Below the pieces are notes generated by a model, which had not been told where the DNA came from, ran no database searches, and worked only from the letters and a program-made list of their open reading frames with translations. The position numbers and the translations under genes are program-made. A DNA stretch of 64,000 nucleotides from contig JAUVWI010000004.1 of NCBI GenBank assembly GCA_030604195.1, positions 20,829 to 84,828 of the forward strand, read 5' to 3'. The number at the start of each line of letters is the position of its first letter. Within the stretch, counting starts at the first letter, position 1. Shown piece after piece: positions 1 to 9,290 of the stretch. The DNA is from Spirochaetales bacterium (GTDB lineage Bacteria > Spirochaetota > Spirochaetia > SZUA-6 > DRHE01).

Positions 1-2
1 CC

Positions 3-647
3 CTGCTTCTGTCTTACTATCTATATCAGGATTCAAATATCGATTCCGACAGTGACCCGACAACCTTTGAGGCCGGATATTATTCAAGTGATCTTCGTTT
101 TGCATTGAATTTCAACAAATTGAAAGTTGAAACCTTTGTAGGAGCTACCTATCCTACTCCCGATTCCTCTCTTGGTTATTATCGCGGCGGATTACTCTTT
201 TATGCCTCGGAGGAAAGCGTTGAATTTATGGCTCAAGCTGGAATACCACAATGGTCTCCGGTTAACGATCAATTTGATATGAGTCTATTTTATCTTCTTT
301 TTGAACCCCGTGTCAAAATTGGTTTTCTCTCGGTTATTCCCACTTTTTTCTGGCGTCCCGGCTATTACAACCAGCAGAGCACCAATGAACAGGCCTTTGA
401 TGTGAACCTGAACCTTCTTCTGGGCGGAACCGCCGCAACAAAAGTCAGCGGCGGATTGGAGAGCAATTTTTCCTACCAAACCGAGAGCAGCGGCACTACC
501 GTAAGTGAATTCCGTATAAGAGTTTCACCCTACCTGCAACTTCTTACTTCAGGGGTAATCTGGGAAATAAGAGTGAATGGTAAATTATGGCCATATTCCT
601 ATAGCGATCTTATTGAATGTTTTTTAAGTGCCAAAGCGGAGTTTTAG
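3..647 (+). CDS. hypothetical protein, 5'-truncated at window edge (beta-rich, possibly envelope protein)
   Basis: Frame 3 is open from nt 3 to the stop at 645-647. The track start at 105 is a TTG with no upstream stop, so the gene probably begins before the window. No recognisable motif. Confidence 0.4.
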   Translation: MLLSYYLYQDSNIDSDSDPTTFEAGYYSSDLRFALNFNKLKVETFVGATYPTPDSSLGYYRGGLLFYASEESVEFMAQAGIPQWSPVNDQFDMSLFYLLFEPRVKIGFLSVIPTFFWRPGYYNQQSTNEQAFDVNLNLLLGGTAATKVSGGLESNFSYQTESSGTTVSEFRIRVSPYLQLLTSGVIWEIRVNGKLWPYSYSDLIECFLSAKAEF

Positions 648-1529
648 ATGAAAAGGAGAAAGTTGATTGTTTTACTTATATTTATTATTTTCACAGCTTC
701 AACCTCTCTGGCTGCCCTGGAAATTAACGCCGGCTTCAGGATCGAGAATATCAGCTTTAAGAATGATAGAACAAAAACCGAAACAACTTTTAACGGTCTC
801 ACTTTTCCCTGGGGTCTTGCCATTTCCGGCAATCATGTAATCTCTGATAATCTTATCATGGAAGCGGGATATTATAATGACCCAATATTGAGAAATATCT
901 CTTATGCATTATTCTCTTTTAAACATCAGTACTTCAACGTAGGTGTCGGTCCCTTTCTTGGTGTTTTTAACGCCTCGACTTACATGCCGAAATTAGGGCT
1001 TTCCACTTCAGCGGAACTTTCACTTCCCGGCATCCTCTTCTTAAGCTTCAGGGCGGACAATATAATGACACTTATACAGAGTGATGATTATACCCAGGAA
1101 TTAAATGAGATTGCATTTGGATTTTATGTACCTAATGCTATCTGTTCATTTACTATTCTAACTAAACAATTTACCGACAACACAGCCCTTCCCCGGATTA
1201 TTGACAAAGTTAGCCGCTATTCTCTCCAGGCTGATATTTTTCAAAAAAATGTTCCTTACAGGCTGATGTTAAGCTTCGCCTATGAAAATATGTTCAGAGA
1301 TTTTGTAGAAACCGCAATCACTACCAGACATACCTTAAATTCAATAATTATGGGCACTGCCTTTGATCTGAATATTAGGGATAATCTGGTATTCACCTTT
1401 GATCTGGAAAGCAGCATTTACACCTTTGGGCAGGATGAGCTGTTGGGAGTCTCCAGCAGTGATAAATTTCTTTTTCGCCTGTACACAGGGGTTAAAATGA
1501 ACCTGTCCGATTACTTCAAGAATAAATAA
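648..1529 (+). CDS. hypothetical secreted beta-rich protein
   Basis: The N-terminal signal-like segment is MKRRKLIVLLIFIIFTASTSLAALE. The ATG directly abuts the upstream stop (TAGATG), and a strong terminator hairpin follows. No catalytic motif recognised. Confidence 0.5.
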   Translation: MKRRKLIVLLIFIIFTASTSLAALEINAGFRIENISFKNDRTKTETTFNGLTFPWGLAISGNHVISDNLIMEAGYYNDPILRNISYALFSFKHQYFNVGVGPFLGVFNASTYMPKLGLSTSAELSLPGILFLSFRADNIMTLIQSDDYTQELNEIAFGFYVPNAICSFTILTKQFTDNTALPRIIDKVSRYSLQADIFQKNVPYRLMLSFAYENMFRDFVETAITTRHTLNSIIMGTAFDLNIRDNLVFTFDLESSIYTFGQDELLGVSSSDKFLFRLYTGVKMNLSDYFKNK

Positions 1530-1563
1530 GGCCCCGCCTTATTATAGGGCGGGGCCTCTATTT
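1530..1563. terminator. bidirectional Rho-independent terminator between convergent genes
   Basis: A perfect 9-bp GC-rich stem, GGCCCCGCC (1530-1538) paired with GGCGGGGCC (1548-1556), has a 9-nt loop and a T-rich tail (tctattt). It lies between the + gene ending at 1529 and flaA ending at 1587. Confidence 0.65.
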
Positions 1564-1586
1564 AGATTGATATTGAATACTTATAT

Positions 1587-2600
1587 CTAGTCGCTGGTTT
1601 CCTTGTGCATTTTAAGACCTTCCAGATAACGTTCAACCTGCTTGTTGCCAACGCGTCGAAGCTCAGCTCGTCTACGCGCATCCTGGCGGGCGCTTAGAAT
1701 ACCCCAGATAGCTTCATGATTGATGTCTCTGACAGGTTCAAGGATAGCCTTATCATAGGTAATCCTGATGTCTTTTACATAAACGATTATATCACCGCCT
1801 TCCTGGGCGGCATCACGGTAGATAATCATGCCTGCCAGCTTTCTGAAAGGCTCACTCTTCGGATAGAGAGGAAACTTTTTAACCTCCCTGTTGCGTACTT
1901 CGGTTATGTAATTGGGATTGTTCCAGACCAGCTTCCGCCAACCGTCAAACTGCAGATAATCCATAAAGATGTGCTGTTCTTTGCCGTTCTGATCTTTTAG
2001 TATAATACCGAAACCGTTTGGAAAATTGGAGCCGAATACCGTAACTTCTACGGTTTTGAGCACTCCCACATTCCTTACCACACCCTTTTCATCGAATTTT
2101 GTTCCCAGGTCTCCCTCTACTTCCGCCAATTTGTCTCCCTGAAGCTCGGTTTTTACAGCGTAAGCGGGAATTTCAAAAGGCGGTTGGATTATGGCGAAGG
2201 AGTTGAAAGGAGCCATGGGAAAGTGAACGCGAACACCCATGACATGCTTATTGGCCATTTCTTCGCCTTCAAAAGGCTTGGCGCTTTCACTGGTTACTGA
2301 ATCCTTAGTCAAAGATTTAGCCTGATTCTGTACTGTCCTTGCTGAAGATGCCAGTATTACTTCCCAATTGTCCAAAGCCAAAGATGTTTTCATTTTGGAT
2401 TTGGTCTCTTCATCAAAAGAAGAACCTGCTACACTGCTGAAATCTATAAGTGTATCCGCATTCTCAGTGGCTTCCTGGTTATCCCCTAAGGTAGCATCTT
2501 TAATCAGCGTTGAAAAATCTATCAGAATGGATTTATCCGCAACTGCCGACACGCTTATTAAAAGAAGCGCAACACCTATTAATATGCACAACCTTTTCAT
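1587..2600 (-). CDS. flaA: periplasmic flagellar filament outer-layer (sheath) protein FlaA
   Basis: 337 aa with a signal peptide. Blocks typical of spirochaete FlaA are present: ADKSILIDFS, WEVILASSAR, GVVRNVGVLK, KLVWNNPNYITEVRNREV and VKDIRITYDKA. The size also matches the family. Confidence 0.9.
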   Translation of the reverse strand: MKRLCILIGVALLLISVSAVADKSILIDFSTLIKDATLGDNQEATENADTLIDFSSVAGSSFDEETKSKMKTSLALDNWEVILASSARTVQNQAKSLTKDSVTSESAKPFEGEEMANKHVMGVRVHFPMAPFNSFAIIQPPFEIPAYAVKTELQGDKLAEVEGDLGTKFDEKGVVRNVGVLKTVEVTVFGSNFPNGFGIILKDQNGKEQHIFMDYLQFDGWRKLVWNNPNYITEVRNREVKKFPLYPKSEPFRKLAGMIIYRDAAQEGGDIIVYVKDIRITYDKAILEPVRDINHEAIWGILSARQDARRRAELRRVGNKQVERYLEGLKMHKETSD

Positions 2601-2641
2601 TGATTGCTCCTTTTTAAAGTAATTACATATTTTCTTAGTTA

Positions 2642-2669
2642 ATTATATGTAAGGAATTATCTTTGTCAA
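2642..2669 (-). promoter_or_regulatory. sigma70-like promoter for flaA
   Basis: On the minus strand a TTGACA (2669-2664) is followed by a 16-nt spacer and TATAAT (2647-2642). An AAAGGAG RBS sits just before the flaA ATG. Confidence 0.5.
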
Positions 2670-2713
2670 CAATTTTTCTTATTTTTTATATTATATGGCA
2701 TTTCTTAAGGAAA

Positions 2714-3220
2714 TTATTGCAGTATTTCTTTTGAAAAATGTACTTCTTCAATTTTAGCAGCGTCAATACGGGGGATTTGCCCATCGATAAAAATGTACAG
2801 GTGCTTCACCCGGGGGAAATTGAATAGAATGGAATTGCCTACAGCGTACAGAATTTCAGCATAAGAGGAAATTACTTCCCCACCGGTAAATAGAATATGA
2901 TTTGAAAAGTTCACATAAACAGAATCTTTGCGCCACAGCAGAGAGGTGACCCTGGTCTCTTTGGGAAGTATCCTGACATGATTGGGTAAAACGGGACCCA
3001 AAATAAGCTCAGCCAAGAGAATATGTACTGCATCTTCACCTTCTTTCAAGGGTATAAGCCTCTCTTCACCTGCCAGCCTGGCGGATGAAACCGTTGGAAA
3101 GAAAAGAACCCTTCTCTCCAGTTTATCTTTGCAGTAGAAATATTGAACTGCTGAAAGGCATATTACCAGGAGAAAAATAAGTGCAATAACAATGGCTGAA
3201 GATCTATACTTTGCGGGCAA
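2714..3220 (-). CDS. GerMN-domain protein (membrane-anchored)
   Basis: It has an N-terminal TM segment. The LLAELILGPV motif and overall layout fit GerM/GerMN-type domains, which commonly follow cell-wall amidase genes. A 3-nt gap separates it from the amidase gene. Confidence 0.55.
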   Translation of the reverse strand: MPAKYRSSAIVIALIFLLVICLSAVQYFYCKDKLERRVLFFPTVSSARLAGEERLIPLKEGEDAVHILLAELILGPVLPNHVRILPKETRVTSLLWRKDSVYVNFSNHILFTGGEVISSYAEILYAVGNSILFNFPRVKHLYIFIDGQIPRIDAAKIEEVHFSKEILQ

Positions 3221-3223
3221 TTC

Positions 3224-4249
3224 CTACTCCGTAAATCCCTTGGTGTTTTCAAAGTCATCTATAAATCTGCAAAGCCCATTATACATTCCCCGAATAAGCC
3301 TTTGCAAGTAGCCCTGGTCCTGCAGCAGCATAGCTTCTTCCTTATTGGTAACAAAACCAAGCTCTACCAGAACTGAAGGCATATATGCTTTACGAACAAC
3401 GAACCAGGATTGTTCTTTAATGCCTCGATTTTCAGTAATACCGCCAACCTCCTCTTCAAAACCCTTCATGATCTCTTTGGCCAGGATTACGCTCTCAATG
3501 GTGTATTCCTCTTCAAGCATGATATTCAAAATCGGCATGATTTCTTTATTTTCTTCTTCTACGGAATCAGGATTAAGCAAATCTCTCCTGTATTCAGGAG
3601 GTAGATACCATACTTCGAAACCTTTGGATTTCTTATTAAACGATGCATTAGCATGTATGGAAATAAAGACAATTGCTTCCTGTTCTTCAAGATCAATATT
3701 GTTGGCCAGATCTGTTCGCTCTTCGAGTTTCAGATAAGTATCATCTGAGCGGCTGATAATTATACGTTTATCCGGGTATTTTATTGACAGCATCTGCTGA
3801 AGCATCAATCCCGCTTTTAGGACAATATCTTTTTCATTTATCCTCACAGTCTTACCGTCAATTTTATAAGTGCCGATAGCGCCGGGGTCTTTTCCCCCAT
3901 GGCCCGGGTCAATTAAAATTACCGCTACTCTTGGACTGCTGATTTTTTCCTGATAAACTGCGCTTTTTATCTTTTCTACAGTGTCTTTGGGAAAAAGCAA
4001 TGTTCCATGACCGCGGCTGACACCGCTGGTGGGGATAAGCTCTCTATAATTAAGTAATACCCATGGAGCTCCGAGCTTGAAGACCAACTTATTCCGGCTA
4101 AACTCGATGATTCCTGTTTCCGTCACCGGATTCCACCGCATTTTTGCTTTGATTTCCTTTAAAAGATCATTTAACTCTACCTGTTCGCTGAATAGAGAGA
4201 AAAGGTAGAGATTTAATAGAAATATAAGGCAGTATTTTTTCCTGGTCAT
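3224..4249 (-). CDS. N-acetylmuramoyl-L-alanine amidase (Amidase_3 family)
   Basis: It has a signal peptide and the Zn-ligand motifs ILIDPGHGGKDPGA, ISIHANA and VLVELGFVTN, which characterise AmiC/CwlC-type amidases. Confidence 0.85.
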   Translation of the reverse strand: MTRKKYCLIFLLNLYLFSLFSEQVELNDLLKEIKAKMRWNPVTETGIIEFSRNKLVFKLGAPWVLLNYRELIPTSGVSRGHGTLLFPKDTVEKIKSAVYQEKISSPRVAVILIDPGHGGKDPGAIGTYKIDGKTVRINEKDIVLKAGLMLQQMLSIKYPDKRIIISRSDDTYLKLEERTDLANNIDLEEQEAIVFISIHANASFNKKSKGFEVWYLPPEYRRDLLNPDSVEEENKEIMPILNIMLEEEYTIESVILAKEIMKGFEEEVGGITENRGIKEQSWFVVRKAYMPSVLVELGFVTNKEEAMLLQDQGYLQRLIRGMYNGLCRFIDDFENTKGFTE

Positions 4250-5865
4250 GATTGAAAGGGCAACTTACTCCTTAATATATTCCTTAATTGTACAGGTTTA
4301 TTCTTCAGGGCGTTTATGGTTTCTATTAAGTAAACAGCGCCCTGAACCCCTCCTTTCTGAAAGACCCGCCAGAAAAGGGAGCCCAGGTTTAATTTATCGG
4401 GCGCAGCTTCTTTGCGCAGGCAAGCGCCGCTTAATGCCAGAGCACGCTGAAAAGCCTCAAATATGGGCAGTTCATGCCAGTCTTTGCCTTTTTCCCTTTC
4501 AAGTGCGGGAAGAGAGATAACAGCAATTCCGGATGACTTCTCAGTTTGAGGCTCAATGAACGGGGGGAGAGCTTTCAAGGCGCTTATATTTTCCCTTTCA
4601 GTTATGGAATAGGCGCTCTCCCCCTCTTCTCCGAAGAGAAATGATTCAGTATCACTGTTATCCGGAGCCAGGCGCAGAAATATGGATCGAGAGGCTTTTT
4701 CAGCCAGTTCCACTGCTTTACTGCGTGCAGCGGCACAGGAAATGATATTTCCGCATTTTTCCATATTATTTGTCGGAAAATTCACCTTACTACCGGGCGC
4801 TCTGCTTAAGAATATATTCCTGATGCCCTGCACTCTCTCCGCAGCTAAAAGACCCTCAATGGATGAAATTATACCGGGTATGGAAATAAAGGCTCTCTCT
4901 GCCGCTGTTCTGCCCGCCAGGGGCCTTAATTCTCCCGGTGGCAGACCAACGGCAATATTCAAAGCTGCTTCGGTAACCTCCACTCCGGAGGAATAGGGAT
5001 AGGTCCAGCCTGACATATAGCCGCCGGATAGACGGGCGGCGATTTCGCCGATAACCGGACCCTGCGGGGTGAGTTTAATATCGCCCTTTGCAGCGCCCAG
5101 GTTAATGCCCAGGGCCCTTATTCCCCTTTTAAATAGATTGATAACCTGATCGGTGAGTTGCTCATCAATAGCTGTGGGAATAGTATGACCCATCTCCACA
5201 AAATAAGGGGAAAAGCGGATTTTTCTATCTGCAACACCACAGATAGTTATTTTGCCGTTATAAACAACAGCATCCAGACTTAATTCATCACCCTGCAGGT
5301 ATTCTTCGACAATAACAGCGGCGGCGGCCGAATGCTCCATTGCTTCTTCTACAGCTGTGGCCAGTTCTTCTTTAGTATCAACCCTTCGTACACCGCGGGC
5401 TCCCATATTATCAACCGGTTTGACCACCACGGGAAAAGAGAGGTTGCTATCGGCCTCCCTGCAATTCTTAAGGGAGGTAATTTCATAAAACCGCGGACCC
5501 GGCAGCCTGTGTTCGGCAAAAACAGCGCGCATTCTGGCTTTATTGGTTGCGGCAAATGCAGTTTCAAAGGAAATGCCAGGTAAACCCAGCTCCTCTGCAG
5601 TTTGTGCAACAGTTATGGAAAAGTCAGTGCCCGCTGTAAATACGCCGTCAAGCCCATATTTTCGGCGGTATTTTCGCGCAACCAGGGCAATCCGGCCGGC
5701 ACTCCTTAAATCAACATACTCAACATGATCAGCGAGCTCTGCCGCCTCCGGGCACATTTCCTTTGCCGCCACAATAACCCGCCATCCCCCGGCTTTGGCT
5801 ATTCTAATAGCCGGTAATTGCATTATGTTGCCGCCGAGGATCATTATGACTTTCTGCTTATTCAT
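4246..5865 (-). CDS. ATP-grasp domain protein with C-terminal extension
   Basis: The pre-ATP-grasp region is VIMILGGNIMQLPAIRIAK. ATP-grasp core motifs are FPVVVKPVDNMGARGV and EEYLQGDELSLDAVV. About 200 aa at the C-terminus are uncharacterised. It overlaps the amidase gene by 4 nt. Confidence 0.8.
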   Translation of the reverse strand: MNKQKVIMILGGNIMQLPAIRIAKAGGWRVIVAAKEMCPEAAELADHVEYVDLRSAGRIALVARKYRRKYGLDGVFTAGTDFSITVAQTAEELGLPGISFETAFAATNKARMRAVFAEHRLPGPRFYEITSLKNCREADSNLSFPVVVKPVDNMGARGVRRVDTKEELATAVEEAMEHSAAAAVIVEEYLQGDELSLDAVVYNGKITICGVADRKIRFSPYFVEMGHTIPTAIDEQLTDQVINLFKRGIRALGINLGAAKGDIKLTPQGPVIGEIAARLSGGYMSGWTYPYSSGVEVTEAALNIAVGLPPGELRPLAGRTAAERAFISIPGIISSIEGLLAAERVQGIRNIFLSRAPGSKVNFPTNNMEKCGNIISCAAARSKAVELAEKASRSIFLRLAPDNSDTESFLFGEEGESAYSITERENISALKALPPFIEPQTEKSSGIAVISLPALEREKGKDWHELPIFEAFQRALALSGACLRKEAAPDKLNLGSLFWRVFQKGGVQGAVYLIETINALKNKPVQLRNILRSKLPFQS

Positions 5866-7660
5866 TTTCCATCAATTCCCTGGTTTTTACCGCAACAGCC
5901 TCAAAAGTATCACCAAGCCCGAATATTCTACTGATCAGCCTTATTTTCGCAGCAAGAAACACTCCCGGATATTTATTTTGACCACCCCTCAAAAAACGCT
6001 CGGGATGATGGCCGGTAACATATATTTTTTTCAAAGCCAGGCCATATTTATCCAGTATCTTTTTTACAATTGCCGGTCTCCAGATGAAAAAATGATCAGA
6101 GGGCGAAGCCTTCAAAAAGCCATTCGGATCCTTGAGAGCAGAAATACCGCTGCCATTTGGAGTGGAAAAAGCAAATACTCCTCCCTTTTTCAGTAATCTA
6201 TTAACCAGCTTAAGCGCCGCATCCAGCTTTTGAATATGCTCAATTACAAACCACATGGTTAAAACATCCAGGCTCTGCGGCTGAATGGCTGAATTGTTAA
6301 TCTGCTCAAAATCCGCCTGAAAAGCCTTGAGTTTAAGTTGAACATTAACATAGGCGACTGCTTCCTGAGAAATATCCAGTCCCAGTGCATCAAAGCCCTG
6401 TTCAGTTGCGGCTGAAAGGAAGGGCCCATAGGCACAGCCCGCATCCAGAAGCTTCGGTTTTTCAAAAGAGCTGCTGTTGTATCTTTCTTTCAGCACCAAG
6501 AACTTTTTTATATTAACCAGGCGCCGATGGGCAATAGCTTTGATATTATTAAAATCCTGCAGGTAGGTTTTTCCGTATTGTTCTCTGTATTCATTGGTGA
6601 AGTAATCGATATTATACTTTTTGGCTTCACTGGTGAAGTATAAGAGGTAATATATTCTGCATGCTGAACAGATAAAATAAGTGCGGTTGGGAAAACGGGC
6701 AACCGCCGGGTTAATTTTCTTATTACAGATCGGGCAGGTGGAGTTGCCGACCGCTTTTATTGAAGGAATTATATCTTTAAGAGCTCTTCGGGGCTTGAGT
6801 AAAAGCTTTTTTTTAATCTCCATCAAGCCTTCAAATCTATCAGGGTTATTTAACAGGGTTATAAACTTCTTTTTATCCGGTTTGCCTACTCCGATCTCCG
6901 GAATCCGCATGAACCTGGAGAGGCGCTGATGATAGCGGCTTGGATTAAGGAGAATCACCGCTGCTCCGGAAGCTAAAGCCTCAAAACAGGTCAGGCCGTA
7001 TGAGGTAAATATCAGGTCATAGTCAGGCAGGATTGAGCTAAGATCAGTGCAGTTTCTTATTAATCTGATCCCGTCAGGCCAGTTTTTTTCCTTGAAAAGG
7101 GGTCCAATTACGAGATTGATATCTTTCCCGTGCAATAGATTGCTTTCCAGCAGGGAATCAAGCAGGCTGGAGCTCAAGTTCGCCGGGTCCTCGCCACCGA
7201 AAGTGATCAATACCTTTTTAAACGGATAGCGGAAAGAGGATTCGATATCAGGGAGATCAAGGAGTGAGATATCGGTAATATTGGCTATAAGTGAATACTC
7301 TCTACCGGGAAGGATATCAATAAGATAGTGAATATAGTCGCGTGCCTCACCCCCTTCATCAATTGCCGCTACCAGGCCCAATTTACTATAACTTCTGAAT
7401 TCACTTAAATTTGTCTGCCTGCGGTCAAGTATTATCAGATCCCAGCGCTCCCCATGATCAATGGAATCGATCCATTTAATATTTGCATTACTATAGCCTA
7501 AAGAAGAGATTACTTCAGACGATGTTCCACGCTCTTTGATATTATCTTTATCCAGATAGATATAAGCCTCGTTGCCCAGTCTGAGGACCAGGGCCAGCAT
7601 GCGCTGCAGATGACCCGTGCCCTGGCCCTGCATGCAGCCCGGTACAGCTAATATTTTCAT
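5858..7660 (-). CDS. fusion protein: PseG-like GT-B glycosyltransferase/hydrolase, Zn-ribbon, and class I SAM methyltransferase
   Basis: The N-terminus MKILAVPGCMQGQGTGHLQRMLAL, with ITFGGEDPANL and SYGLTCFEALASGAAVILL, resembles PseG/MurG-type GT-B proteins. The centre carries CPICN...CSAC. The C-terminus has the SAM motif LLDAGCAYGPF and VLTMWFVIEH. Confidence 0.65.
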   Translation of the reverse strand: MKILAVPGCMQGQGTGHLQRMLALVLRLGNEAYIYLDKDNIKERGTSSEVISSLGYSNANIKWIDSIDHGERWDLIILDRRQTNLSEFRSYSKLGLVAAIDEGGEARDYIHYLIDILPGREYSLIANITDISLLDLPDIESSFRYPFKKVLITFGGEDPANLSSSLLDSLLESNLLHGKDINLVIGPLFKEKNWPDGIRLIRNCTDLSSILPDYDLIFTSYGLTCFEALASGAAVILLNPSRYHQRLSRFMRIPEIGVGKPDKKKFITLLNNPDRFEGLMEIKKKLLLKPRRALKDIIPSIKAVGNSTCPICNKKINPAVARFPNRTYFICSACRIYYLLYFTSEAKKYNIDYFTNEYREQYGKTYLQDFNNIKAIAHRRLVNIKKFLVLKERYNSSSFEKPKLLDAGCAYGPFLSAATEQGFDALGLDISQEAVAYVNVQLKLKAFQADFEQINNSAIQPQSLDVLTMWFVIEHIQKLDAALKLVNRLLKKGGVFAFSTPNGSGISALKDPNGFLKASPSDHFFIWRPAIVKKILDKYGLALKKIYVTGHHPERFLRGGQNKYPGVFLAAKIRLISRIFGLGDTFEAVAVKTRELMENE

Positions 7661-8343
7661 TCAGCGCTTTTCCTTTTGAACCAGGCCACAATATCGAAAG
7701 TAGAAATCGGCTCGTTAATGTAGAGATCGCTGTAAATATTCCTGATCAGCTGATAATCCGAATCAGTATCAAGTGTTACCCTCTGGTCAGGGAGTATGCA
7801 TCCGGCCGGGCCTTCTATCTCTAAAATAGTAAACCTTTCCGGATTTCGGTATAGAAAGATGGTTATATGCTCGTGCTCGTAAGGATCGGCGGATTCATTT
7901 TCAGCGGCAAGCAAAGCACTTGCCTCAACAACCTCAACACCGGTTCCCAGGGGTATGTTTATAAAATGGCTCAAATCCGCTCTCTTTTTTTCATGCAGCT
8001 CTAATATTTCTGATGCCAGCCGCCAGGAAACCAGGGGGTTATCTCCTGTGGCCCGGATTACCCTCTCTACCTTGAAAAAACGGACTGCTGAAGTGAATCG
8101 ATGCAGCACATCATTTTCAGGGCCTACAAAAAGGCTGAATCCCTCCTCTGCAGCATATTGCTCCAGAACACCACCACTATTATGGTCGGTAAGCAAAGCG
8201 TAGACATCAGCTTTGATTTTTCTCAATGATCTCAGAGCGTGTTGAAGTACATTACCGCCCTTTAACGGCAGCAGTACCTTCTGTGGCAATCTGGTTGAAC
8301 CGAGGCGGGCCTGTAAAAAAACCCCTACTCTGGTGGTTCCCAT
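7657..8343 (-). CDS. cytidylyltransferase, SpsF/acylneuraminate cytidylyltransferase-like (CTP_transf_3)
   Basis: The N-terminal motif GVFLQARLGSTRLPQKVLLPL and the ATGDNPL motif match the SpsF/NeuA-like family. It overlaps the downstream gene by 4 nt. Confidence 0.75.
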   Translation of the reverse strand: MGTTRVGVFLQARLGSTRLPQKVLLPLKGGNVLQHALRSLRKIKADVYALLTDHNSGGVLEQYAAEEGFSLFVGPENDVLHRFTSAVRFFKVERVIRATGDNPLVSWRLASEILELHEKKRADLSHFINIPLGTGVEVVEASALLAAENESADPYEHEHITIFLYRNPERFTILEIEGPAGCILPDQRVTLDTDSDYQLIRNIYSDLYINEPISTFDIVAWFKRKSAE

Positions 8344-9290
8344 TGATTTACCAGAGCTGCTGCATCCTTTTTAAATTGAAAACAATTCGAAGCCACCCAT
8401 TTTCTGACTTCACGAAATTCTTTTAGAGAATAGATTAAACCGGTATCGGAGCGCAGCAGATATCGCATTATACGCGAATAGGGAAGAATTCCTCTGCCTC
8501 TTTTATGCTTGATCGCCAGGTTCTTCAAATAGAATAGTTTATAGCTTTCATCGGGAGTATTATCTTCAAGAAGAGGTTCAGTCAGGTAATTCACCAGAAA
8601 ACCCGGTTCATAGGAAATATTTTCTCCCCAGAGAAAAGCCCTGAAACCATAATCAAGTTTCTGCCAGTAGCTGTTTTTAATTCTATTATCATAGCCGCCG
8701 ATCTTCATGTGTATTGACTTATTATATATACCGCAGTAATCAAATGGAACAATACTTTTTTGCCTGGTCTTACCCGGTTTCCAGGGGAGTAATTTTAATT
8801 TTTTCCTGATAAATGCCGGTATCTGGATGGAAGGAATAACTTCGCCTCTGCTGTTTTTAAGTTGCGGGAGTGTGCAAATAGCTTCAGATTGTTCAATTCT
8901 ATCTAAAAAAGCCTTATTGATGGATGATGGTATAACCCGGGTATTATTCCAACCGATCATAACCAGTTTTGATTGCGCTTCTTCAAGACCAAGATCGATT
9001 TTTTCTCCCACAGATGCCTCGTCCCGTAAAAGAAGAAAGCGTATATCCGGATATTTTCTTGAAAGCGGCTCGATATCATAGGGAATATGTGGTCCCTCTA
9101 TACAGATAATATCCCCCATCTTGAGATTCTGCAGCTCAAGAATCATTTCGCTCCGGTAAAAAAGACCGCCACGGTTTATCAGGATAATCGTAAAGGGAAA
9201 AGAAAACTTGCGCAGGCGATCAATCCTGGTACCGCCCACTACCGTGTAAGATATTTTAGGTTTTTTAGAAGTTGTAGGTATAGTATTCAT
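8325..9290 (-). CDS. hypothetical protein, weak GT-A (family 2 glycosyltransferase)-like features
   Basis: FTIILINRGG, SVGEKIDLGLEEA and KIGGYDNRI loosely resemble GT2 landmarks. It overlaps both neighbours, by 26 and 19 nt. Confidence 0.35.
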   Translation of the reverse strand: MNTIPTTSKKPKISYTVVGGTRIDRLRKFSFPFTIILINRGGLFYRSEMILELQNLKMGDIICIEGPHIPYDIEPLSRKYPDIRFLLLRDEASVGEKIDLGLEEAQSKLVMIGWNNTRVIPSSINKAFLDRIEQSEAICTLPQLKNSRGEVIPSIQIPAFIRKKLKLLPWKPGKTRQKSIVPFDYCGIYNKSIHMKIGGYDNRIKNSYWQKLDYGFRAFLWGENISYEPGFLVNYLTEPLLEDNTPDESYKLFYLKNLAIKHKRGRGILPYSRIMRYLLRSDTGLIYSLKEFREVRKWVASNCFQFKKDAAALVNQWEPPE

